A DNA stretch of 32,000 nt from Aeropyrum pernix K1 (GTDB taxonomy: Archaea; Thermoproteota; Thermoprotei_A; Sulfolobales; Acidilobaceae). Below the pieces are notes generated by a model. That model saw only the letters and a program-made list of their open reading frames with translations. It did not search any database and was not told the DNA's origin. Shown piece by piece: positions 26,453 through 32,000 of this stretch. The position numbers and the translations under genes are program-made. Every line of letters starts with the position of its first letter. Position 1 is the stretch's first letter. Location: contig NC_000854.2 in assembly GCF_000011125.1 (NCBI RefSeq), positions 450,001 to 482,000 of the forward strand, given 5' to 3'.

Positions 26453-28012
26453 ATGGGGAGGCCCTGCGTGTATGAGCCGCGGAGAGGTGTCGTGCATCCC
26501 TTGCCTGTTAGGAGGCGGCGTCAAACCCTGTTTACGGCTCTCCAGTATCTAGGGCTTATACTTATGGTGACTAGCCTGCCCTTCACAGCATCCGGCCTGG
26601 TGGGCCTTCTACTTTGGAGCGGCCGTAGCATGGCAGAGTTCAGGGTTGCCTCGGAGCTCCTCGCCTCCGGGGTGGTGCTCGTACTTGTGGGTCTCCTCCT
26701 GTCGAGGGCTCCTGGGGGGCTGCTCGGTAAGGGTGACGCAGTGTTTATCACAGTTGCAACATGGCTCTCGGTCCCCCTGTTCTCCGCCGCTCTAATGTCG
26801 GAGATCCTGGATATACCTTATGTTGATGCCCTGCTCGAGACGGTGGCCGGGTGGACTACCACTGGCCTCTCAATACTCACTGGTGCTGAGAGCAGCAGCG
26901 GCGGGTATGTGCCCAGCGTTGATGAGATACCCGAGTCTGTCAAGCTTTGGAGGAGCATGCTGCAGTGGGTTGGTGGAGTGGGTATTGTGGTGTTCACCGT
27001 CGCCTTCCTCGCCAGGCCCGGAATCTCGGCCGCCGCACTGTATATAGCGGAGGGTAGGTTCGAGAGGCTGGAGGCGAGTTTGAAGGCCAGCGCTATAAGG
27101 ATGACTCTAGTCTACATGGTGTACACCCTCCTGGGGGCACTTATAATATATCTGTCGGGCATGAGCCTCTCCGACGCTATACAGCATAGTATGACGGCCA
27201 TATCGACCGCAGGCTTCTCGACGCACGCCGACAGCGTGGGCTTCTATAAGGGAGACTACGCCGTCTACGCCTCAACCCTGCTGGTATCCTTCCTCGGCGC
27301 ACTCAGCTTCGTTGATCTCGACAACATTATGAGGCTCAGGCTGGGGAGGGTGTTGAGGAGCGTGGAGTTCAGGGTTATAGCGGGCCTAACAGCCTTGTCA
27401 GCGGCGGCGGCCGCCGCTGTATGGTATATAGACCCTGTGATGAGGAGCTCCTACACGCTTGCAGACACTATCTACAACAGCGTCTCCGGCTACATAACAG
27501 TGGGCTTCTCAACCGCCAGCCTGGAGGGGGCTAGCGACAGCTACAAGCTATTGATAGCGGCCCTAGGCCTCATAGGCGGCAGCGCCTTCAGCACGGCGGG
27601 GGGTATAAAGGTGCTCAGGCTGGCAATAGCGCTGAAGACTCTGGACGTAGAGACGACGAGGATACTGAAGCCGAGCAGCTACGTCCCGAAGAACCTGATA
27701 GGCGGGAGAAGGCTGACAGAGGACATGGTTAAGAGGAGCCTGGCAGTCATAATAGCGTTCGCCACCGTCGAGATCCTCCTGGGACTCACGGCCGTAGCCC
27801 TCTACTCCGACATATACCCCACGGTAGACATAATATTCGATGTGACGAGCGCCCTAGCAAACATAGGACTCTCCACGGGAGTCACATCCCCCGAGGCGCC
27901 CACAGGGTTGAAAGTAATACTGATAGCGGGGATGCTGCTGGGCAGGCTGGAGATACTCCCGTACATAGTGGCCGCGAAATACCTAGTGGAATCTGTCAGA
28001 GCTAGAACCTGA
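26453..28012 (+). CDS. trkH: TrkH/KtrB-family cation (K+) transporter membrane subunit
   Basis: 519-aa polytopic ORF with four repeated pore-loop signatures: GWTTTGLS, TAGFST, TVGFST and NIGLSTG. The start may be downstream of 26453. Confidence 0.88.
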   Translation: MGRPCVYEPRRGVVHPLPVRRRRQTLFTALQYLGLILMVTSLPFTASGLVGLLLWSGRSMAEFRVASELLASGVVLVLVGLLLSRAPGGLLGKGDAVFITVATWLSVPLFSAALMSEILDIPYVDALLETVAGWTTTGLSILTGAESSSGGYVPSVDEIPESVKLWRSMLQWVGGVGIVVFTVAFLARPGISAAALYIAEGRFERLEASLKASAIRMTLVYMVYTLLGALIIYLSGMSLSDAIQHSMTAISTAGFSTHADSVGFYKGDYAVYASTLLVSFLGALSFVDLDNIMRLRLGRVLRSVEFRVIAGLTALSAAAAAAVWYIDPVMRSSYTLADTIYNSVSGYITVGFSTASLEGASDSYKLLIAALGLIGGSAFSTAGGIKVLRLAIALKTLDVETTRILKPSSYVPKNLIGGRRLTEDMVKRSLAVIIAFATVEILLGLTAVALYSDIYPTVDIIFDVTSALANIGLSTGVTSPEAPTGLKVILIAGMLLGRLEILPYIVAAKYLVESVRART

Positions 28013-28143
28013 CAACCTACTTCCCTTTTATGCCCGCCGGCTCGCCTACCCAAGCGCAGCTAAGGCGGATTACCCCGGTTAGAATCCAAGCGAGTCTCCG
28101 GGAGCCTGCATGAAGTAAACTATAGCGCTGGGACCGGGGGGCG

Positions 28144-29115
28144 GTGGTGTGGTGCGGGGGGTGGGATTTGAACCCACGCAGGCCTACGCCAACGGGTCTT
28201 AAGCCCGCCCCCTCTAAGCCATTCTCATCGATGGTAATTGAAAAGAGAGATTCGGGTGATGGAGAATCGGAGCCTAGTTTTAAGCAGGATGGAGGGTTGA
28301 TTGTTTCTGAAACTCTGGCTTCCAGGTTTCTCGAGTGGCTGGACCTGCCAGAGGACTCGAGGCAGCTGAGGGACTACAGGAACAACCTGAGGCTGCTTAT
28401 AGGAAAGCCACTGGACTGTGCTACTCTCCATGAGTTCGCTAGCCAGAGCAAGAGGAAGTATGAGACCGCCTCGAGGCTGCTGAGCTTCGTGGCCAGCAAG
28501 AGGGGCTTGGGGCTTAGGCAGCTTGCAGCGGAGCTTAGGGAGTGCCTGGGCAAGAAGCCTAGGAGCGGCAGCGACACCTACGTGCCCCCAGACTCGAGTA
28601 TCCTCGAGGCTGCTAGAAGGCTCGAGGGGACTAGAGTCTACCACGTGTTCCTCCTGCTGGTGGGCTCGGGTGCCAGGCTCTCCACGGTACACTGGCTGCT
28701 GCGCCAGGGCCTCGACTCCTCGAGGCTAGTCTGCCTTGAGGATAGGGGGTTCTGCAGGTACCACGTCGACTACGTTAAGGGCGAGAAGCTCCAGTGGGCC
28801 CTCTACAGTCCTAGGGAGTTCTGGGAGAGAGTACTCGAGGAGCCCAGGCTAACCCTGTCCTACAACAGGGTCCAGGAGCAGATAGCGGGGGCTGGCGTCA
28901 AAGCCAAGCACATTCGAAACTGGGTCTACAACAAGATGCTATCCCTAGGGATGCCCGAGGGCGTAGTCGAATTCATAGTAGGCCATAAGGCGTCGAGCAT
29001 TGGAAGAAGACACTACATGAACATGATAGTCCAGGCTGACATGTGGTACACAACATACTTGCCCGTAATCCCGAAAAGCCTTAAACTAAGCTGCACCACA
29101 TGCTATGAGGGTTAA
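28144..29115 (+). CDS. int: Tyrosine recombinase (integrase). Either the Int(C) part of an SSV-type partitioned integrase or an intact 294-aa protein from ATG 28231.
   Basis: Catalytic signature present: GSGARLSTV (Arg I), KGEK (Lys), KHIRNW (HxxR), IVGHKA (His/Trp position) and RRHYMNM (Tyr). The frame stays open leftwards through the whole tRNA-Leu fragment. Confidence 0.8.
   Translation: MVWCGGWDLNPRRPTPTGLKPAPSKPFSSMVIEKRDSGDGESEPSFKQDGGLIVSETLASRFLEWLDLPEDSRQLRDYRNNLRLLIGKPLDCATLHEFASQSKRKYETASRLLSFVASKRGLGLRQLAAELRECLGKKPRSGSDTYVPPDSSILEAARRLEGTRVYHVFLLLVGSGARLSTVHWLLRQGLDSSRLVCLEDRGFCRYHVDYVKGEKLQWALYSPREFWERVLEEPRLTLSYNRVQEQIAGAGVKAKHIRNWVYNKMLSLGMPEGVVEFIVGHKASSIGRRHYMNMIVQADMWYTTYLPVIPKSLKLSCTTCYEG
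28150..28221 (-). tRNA. Partial tRNA-Leu (anticodon UAA): 3' ~72 nt only (D-loop 3' part to CCA), 5' acceptor/D-arm absent. Candidate att site.
   Basis: Reverse complement reads ...TGGCTTAGAGGGG-GCGGG-CTTAAGA-CCCGT-TGGCGTAGGCCTGC (long variable arm)-GTGGG-TTCAAAT-CCCAC-CCCCCGC-A-CCA. The complementary 5' strand GCGGGGG is not found to the right. Confidence 0.75.
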
Positions 29116-29229
29116 CACCCTTTTAGGACTACCGCGCCTAAAAGAGAGGGGTCGGAAAACTACAAAAGCAGAACGAGAAGGGGTGAGGGGCTGTGATGAG
29201 CGGCTTGGAATCGTAGCCGCTTAGGCTAT

Positions 29230-29265
29230 GACGGAGCGGTGACCTGGACCCGCTACGTCTTTTTT
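29230..29265 (+). terminator. Hairpin (10-bp stem, one mismatch) followed by T6, downstream of int
   Basis: GACGGAGCGG-10 nt-CCGCTACGTC then TTTTTT. Oligo-T is the known archaeal termination signal. Confidence 0.4.
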
Positions 29266-29302
29266 GTCCCTGGACTGAGCCCCCACCCCCCAATTAGTCC
29301 TG

Positions 29303-29320
29303 TAGGCCCATTTGGGCCTA
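29303..29320. repeat. Palindrome TAGGCCCA-TT-TGGGCCTA
   Basis: Read directly. It is the first of four TTTGG(G/C)C(C/A) motifs in 29311-29369. Confidence 0.9.
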
Positions 29321-29412
29321 TAGGCCTTTTGGCCATGTTTGGCCACTGGTCTGTTTATCTGTTTGGGCATTAGCTTTAAATCGGGGGCACCTCTCTAATG
29401 CGTAGAATGGGG

Positions 29413-29799
29413 TTAAATACCCCTATTTCTCATTCTATCCCAAGTCTTGTGCCCTGGCAGATAATGTAGCAGGCTCCTGTAAGGCTCCTCTAGCTTCACA
29501 GCCTGGCTTAGCACCCCCCTATACTCTACTAGGAGCTGGTGCCAGTGCTTGCCTGGGCAGAATATGACTTTCCTGCCTCTGCGGAGCCTTCTTACGACTT
29601 CGAGCTCCGCCAGGCGTCTTATCGCCCTCTCGACCGTGTGCCACTCTGGGCGCTCGTGCTTGGGGAGGGCGTAATGTATCCAGCTCCTTAGCCCCTGGTA
29701 GGTGAAGCACCTTGAGGTCCTGCCTTCCCTGTAGACGTAGCGGTAGATCAGTATGAGTGTTCGGCGCTCGCTGGGTGCTAGGCTGTTAAGCGTCAGCAT
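29413..29799 (-). CDS. Hypothetical protein, probable winged-helix DNA-binding fold (element gene 4 of a 4-gene operon)
   Basis: 128-aa ORF. TVERAIRRLAELEVVRRLRRGRKVIF looks like a recognition helix plus wing. Its start overlaps the upstream ORF by 14 nt. Confidence 0.45.
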   Translation of the reverse strand: MLTLNSLAPSERRTLILIYRYVYREGRTSRCFTYQGLRSWIHYALPKHERPEWHTVERAIRRLAELEVVRRLRRGRKVIFCPGKHWHQLLVEYRGVLSQAVKLEEPYRSLLHYLPGHKTWDRMRNRGI

Positions 29800-30055
29800 G
29801 CTCGGCCCGCCTCTCCAGGAGCATCGAGTAGAAGCTGGATGTCTGGCTCATAACGCCAGCGATGAAGGCGGCATACATGGCCTTGCACGGGTTGCCCCTA
29901 AGACGGCTCCATATTTCAGCAAGGACCAAGTCCCATCTCCCGTGTTTCGCAGCTAGATCAACTATACCGTCCATTATCTCCACGGCCTCGCTAATGGTCA
30001 GCCCCATTCTCTCGTGCAACCTGGGCTTCTCGTATGGTAAGCAATACATCATCAA
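29786..30055 (-). CDS. Hypothetical small helical protein (element operon gene 3)
   Basis: 89-aa ORF starting 3 nt downstream of the preceding ORF. No family recognised. Confidence 0.4.
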   Translation of the reverse strand: MMMYCLPYEKPRLHERMGLTISEAVEIMDGIVDLAAKHGRWDLVLAEIWSRLRGNPCKAMYAAFIAGVMSQTSSFYSMLLERRAEHADA

Positions 30056-30058
30056 GAA

Positions 30059-30400
30059 TCAACCCCTAGACTCCAGCTCTACCCTTAGCTTCCCGTTGCC
30101 GTCCAGCCTCTGCTTGGCCGCATCTAGAAGCTCTCTGGCCTTCTCCTCGGCCAGTTCTTTCAACACAGCCCGAGTGAGCTCCCTTTCGAGCCCCAGCCTC
30201 GCATCTTCCAGGATTTTTCTTGCCTCTCTCAGCCTCTCAGCGGCTTCCGAGCGCTTCTCCCTGTCCACCGCCATGATCGAGGCATAGCCAGAGTAGCAGG
30301 CGTCGCTGCCTGGGCATAATCTCTTCTCGATCTCGATCAAGACGTTTATGTAATGCTCAATCAGGGCCACGGCCTCAGCAACTACCCAAGACCTAGCCAC
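30059..30400 (-). CDS. Hypothetical coiled-coil protein (element operon gene 2)
   Basis: 113-aa ORF with a charged heptad-like C-terminal half (EKRSEAAERLREARKILEDARLGLERELTRAVLKELAEEKARELLDAAKQRL). It begins 6 nt after the wHTH gene. Confidence 0.45.
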   Translation of the reverse strand: MARSWVVAEAVALIEHYINVLIEIEKRLCPGSDACYSGYASIMAVDREKRSEAAERLREARKILEDARLGLERELTRAVLKELAEEKARELLDAAKQRLDGNGKLRVELESRG

Positions 30401-30406
30401 CCTCCC

Positions 30407-30673
30407 TCACCCCGTTATTATTGCGCCTATCTTTTCCAGCACCTGCTCGCCCGCCTTGGTCAGGTAGTACTTGCCCTGCCCGTTCTTGTCGACAAGGTTC
30501 AGCGCGAGTAGCTTCTGCATGAGCCCGTGTGCGCTGCTGGGTGGTATGCCCAGCGAGTCGCTTATCTCCTTCAGGCTGGCCCCCTGGGGCTTCTCCCTCA
30601 AAAAACGCAGAGCCCTAAGCTCTCGGACGGAAAGCCTGTCCAGCCAGTTCACACTCGACACCTCACAGACCAA
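30407..30673 (-). CDS. Winged helix-turn-helix transcription regulator (MarR/TrmB-like), first gene of the element operon
   Basis: 88-aa ORF. LSVRELRALRFLREKPQGASLKEISDSLGIPPSSAHGLMQKLLALNLVDKNGQGKYYLTKAG is a classic wHTH. Confidence 0.7.
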   Translation of the reverse strand: MVCEVSSVNWLDRLSVRELRALRFLREKPQGASLKEISDSLGIPPSSAHGLMQKLLALNLVDKNGQGKYYLTKAGEQVLEKIGAIITG

Positions 30674-30757
30674 TTCCTAATTTGGAATTTGGAAATATTT
30701 AAGTGTTTACCATTTGGAATTCCAGTTTCCATTTTTAAACTTCCAGATTTGGAATTA
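30672..30757. promoter_or_regulatory. Divergent AT-rich promoter region with an array of TTGGAA/TTCCAA half-sites and two TATA-like boxes
   Basis: AATTCC-N6-GGAATT (30672-30689); tandem TTTGGAA x2 (30681-30694); perfect palindrome TGGAATTCCA (30715-30724); TTTCCA (30726-30731); TTCCA-GATT-TGGAA (30741-30754). TATA-like AAATATTTAAG lies at 30693-30703 and ATTTTTAAAC at 30731-30740. Confidence 0.55.
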
Positions 30758-30773
30758 AGAACGGGTTTCTACG

Positions 30774-31433
30774 GTGGCGCTCAGAAAACCCATAGTAAGC
30801 CCCACCACAGCATCTATACTAATACTACTACTACAGAGGGCCCAAGCCTCAAGCGTCGAGCTGGCCGTCGAGCTGGGCGTCTACCCCAGCCAGGTCAACG
30901 CCTATCTGCATTATTACAGGAAGCAGGGTATAGTCGAGAAGAGCGGCGATGTCTGGCGGCTCACAGAAGATGGTTTAAAATATGTGCAGGAGCGCTATGA
31001 TTATTTAACTAATGTGGCTTCGGCTTTCGGAATAAAAATTAATAAAGATGAATCAAGAAGAATAAATCTTTATTCCGAAATTAGAAAGGTCGCTGTTGAG
31101 TGGCTCAACGGCCACGAGGATTGCCTGTTTATCGTCGACTTCCTGGCTTTCCTATATTTCGAGAGGGGTAAGACGTACTTCGAGGCTGGACGGGGGCTGG
31201 CCGACAGCCTGGCAGAGGCCCTGGAAGAGTATAGTAGTGGTGGTTATGTCAGCCCCTTCCGCGTCCAGGAGTGTCTCGCAGAGCTGTCCCAGAGGGGCGT
31301 CGTCTACATCTGGCGGGGGCGGAAGGTCAGGCTGGCCAAGCAGCTTATAGAGGCCGCCCGAAGACAAGCTCCCGCAGCTCCCGCAGCCTCTCGACCACCT
31401 GGACGCCCTTATCCGTCAGGCGGACGCATTTAA
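30774..31433 (+). CDS. Hypothetical protein with an N-terminal and probably a C-terminal winged-helix domain
   Basis: 219-aa ORF with GTG start. ASILILLLQRAQASSVELAVELGVYPSQVNAYLHYYRKQGIVEKSGDVWRLTEDG is wHTH-like. The C-terminal VQECLAELSQRGVVYIWRGRKVRL also looks like a helix plus wing. The Pro/Ala/Arg tail overlaps the convergent gene. Confidence 0.55.
   Translation: MALRKPIVSPTTASILILLLQRAQASSVELAVELGVYPSQVNAYLHYYRKQGIVEKSGDVWRLTEDGLKYVQERYDYLTNVASAFGIKINKDESRRINLYSEIRKVAVEWLNGHEDCLFIVDFLAFLYFERGKTYFEAGRGLADSLAEALEEYSSGGYVSPFRVQECLAELSQRGVVYIWRGRKVRLAKQLIEAARRQAPAAPAASRPPGRPYPSGGRI
31025..31080. repeat. 12-bp perfect inverted repeat TTTCGGAATAAA ... TTTATTCCGAAA flanking a 32-nt AT-rich spacer, inside the 219-aa CDS
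   Basis: Read directly: arms at 31025-31036 and 31069-31080. Confidence 0.9.
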
Positions 31434-31629
31434 CCCTTACACCCTTCTCCTCGCTAAAACAAACCGTCTCCTCTATGAGCCCTAGCCTCTTAAGGTGCTC
31501 CACGTTCTGGTAGAACGAGCCCGACCCAGCGAAATCTATAATCTTATGCTGGGGGAGCTCCCTAGCGTTATACCTTATAAACGTTAATAGAAACTTCTCG
31601 ACGCCGCCGCGCTTAAACAACAGCTCCAA
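31345..31629 (-). CDS. Winged helix-turn-helix protein
   Basis: 94-aa ORF. ELPQHKIIDFAGSGSFYQNVEHLKRLGLIEETVCFSEEKGVRVKCVRLTDKG has a wHTH pattern of helix, wing and TDKG. Confidence 0.6.
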   Translation of the reverse strand: MELLFKRGGVEKFLLTFIRYNARELPQHKIIDFAGSGSFYQNVEHLKRLGLIEETVCFSEEKGVRVKCVRLTDKGVQVVERLRELRELVFGRPL

Positions 31630-31677
31630 GGCCTCTCTACCAAGGCTTAGTTTTGCCTGTGTAATTCTTATATGATA

Positions 31678-31693
31678 ATTCGGTATACCGAAT
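31678..31693. promoter_or_regulatory. Perfect 16-bp palindrome ATTCGGTATACCGAAT in the promoter region of the 94-aa wHTH gene
   Basis: Read directly. It lies 49-64 nt upstream of the start at 31629, next to the TATA-like TTCTTATATGATAA, and 19 nt upstream of a small + strand ORF. Confidence 0.5.
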
Positions 31694-31711
31694 CAAGAAG
31701 GGTTGGGATCC

Positions 31712-31879
31712 TTGGCTAGGGCTGGCCCAATAATAATTATTTCCTTAGGGGGGTTTGCATCACTAGTGGTGTTATTCTCAAGGGTGGATCGCGAGATTGC
31801 AGCGTGGCTAGGGCTAGGTGTCATTCTCACCATGATCCTTGCGGTGCTCCTTGGTGGGCATGTTGTGTTTAGACGCTAA
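31712..31879 (+). CDS. Possible 55-aa two-helix membrane protein (below the ORF-track length cutoff)
   Basis: Hand translation from the TTG gives LARAGPIIIISLGGFASLVVLFSRVDREIAAWLGLGVILTMILAVLLGGHVVFRR*, which has two hydrophobic segments. There is no other support. Confidence 0.3.
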   Translation: MARAGPIIIISLGGFASLVVLFSRVDREIAAWLGLGVILTMILAVLLGGHVVFRR

Positions 31880-32000
31880 GTATAAGCCCGTTATTAACCC
31901 GATGAGCCATGCAAGGAACCCCCCGACAAAATATGTTAACTATGTCGACGCATTCCTCTATCAACCCTGTACACCCATCACTTCCCGAATGTTGGCTCCT

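Larger units (their letters stand above)
28150..32000. mobile_element. Left end of an integrated virus/plasmid-like element inserted in tRNA-Leu(UAA), continuing beyond the window
   Basis: The region has a truncated tRNA 3' fragment abutting an integrase, lower and patchier GC, AT-rich intergenic regions, and small ORFs of unknown function that are winged-helix-rich. Confidence 0.7.

Noticed and set aside
26453-28012. TrkH lacking an adjacent TrkA/KtrA gene, and atpI followed by an aminotransferase rather than other ATPase subunits, as possible anomalies
   Set aside because: Dispersed ATPase and Trk genes are common in crenarchaeal genomes. The partners may simply lie outside the window.
28222-29115. 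Possibility that tRNA-Leu(UAA) is intact but interrupted by a long intron or split, with its 5' exon further right
   Set aside because: No GCGGGGG acceptor strand or D-arm sequence complementary to the 3' fragment was found to the right. The GGCACCCGAGCC-like string near 28660 does not match in order or pairing. A truncated att copy is the simpler reading.
29187-29283. Calling this a conventional C/D box methylation-guide sRNA feature
   Set aside because: It is about 97 nt rather than about 50-70 nt, has no convincing internal D' and C' boxes, and contains a T6 tract. It is kept only as a K-turn-closed RNA candidate in the findings and is not annotated as a gene.
30672-30757. TTCCA...TGGAA dyads resemble the core of archaeal Orc1/Cdc6 origin recognition boxes, which would suggest a replication origin
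   Set aside because: The spacing (0, 4 or 6 nt) differs from the ORB dyad as I remember it. No orc1/cdc6 or other initiator gene is adjacent. The position in a divergent promoter between two wHTH genes fits operators better. An origin role for the element is not excluded but is unsupported.
1-32000. Looked for CRISPR arrays, rRNA genes, IS elements or transposases, and introns in the tRNA-Ala and tRNA-Gly genes
   Set aside because: No regularly spaced direct repeats, no rRNA-like conserved blocks and no transposase-like ORFs were seen. Both complete tRNAs fold as continuous cloverleaves.

Overview
This is a 32-kb stretch of a high-GC (roughly 55-62% by eye) hyperthermophilic crenarchaeal chromosome. 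It looks Aeropyrum-like: the isocitrate dehydrogenase N-terminus matches my memory of the A. pernix enzyme, tRNA genes encode CCA, many starts are GTG/TTG, and TATA boxes sit about 25-35 nt upstream of starts, which suggests mostly leaderless mRNAs.

Positions 1-28,149 are densely packed core genome:
- A/V-ATPase subunit I, a class I/II aminotransferase and a Trbp111-like tRNA-binding protein
- panE-panB, tRNA-Ala(GGC), a hotdog thioesterase and DUF211
- a minimal JAMM/MPN+ protein overlapping an MJ0936-type phosphodiesterase, then DUF2283 and a HAD-IB phosphatase
- an EndA-family subunit that appears to lack the catalytic Lys, MtnA, and a low-GC VOC dioxygenase
- icd, then a compact 3-gene archaeal type IV pilus operon (pilin, FlaI/PilB-like ATPase, FlaJ/TadC-like platform)
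- deoxyhypusine synthase, tRNA-Gly(GCC) and a ParB/Srx-fold DGHHR protein
- top6B-top6A, and an orphan form-II CoxL-like molybdenum hydroxylase large subunit followed by a tiny twin-arginine-motif membrane protein
- AGOG 8-oxoG glycosylase, an OSBS/NSAR-like enolase-superfamily enzyme and TrkH

At 28,150 there is a 3' fragment of tRNA-Leu(UAA) with no 5' half. A tyrosine-recombinase ORF stays open through this fragment. I read this as the left junction of an integrated virus or plasmid-like element that runs off the right edge of the window.

The visible 3.8 kb of the element carries:
- a structured repeat-rich non-coding region
- a tight 4-gene operon of small proteins, two of them winged-helix
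- a divergent AT-rich promoter crowded with TTGGAA/TTCCAA half-sites
- two more winged-helix genes that overlap convergently
- several perfect palindromes

This element and its regulatory architecture are the most promising place to look for something undescribed. No CRISPR array, rRNA or IS element was seen.
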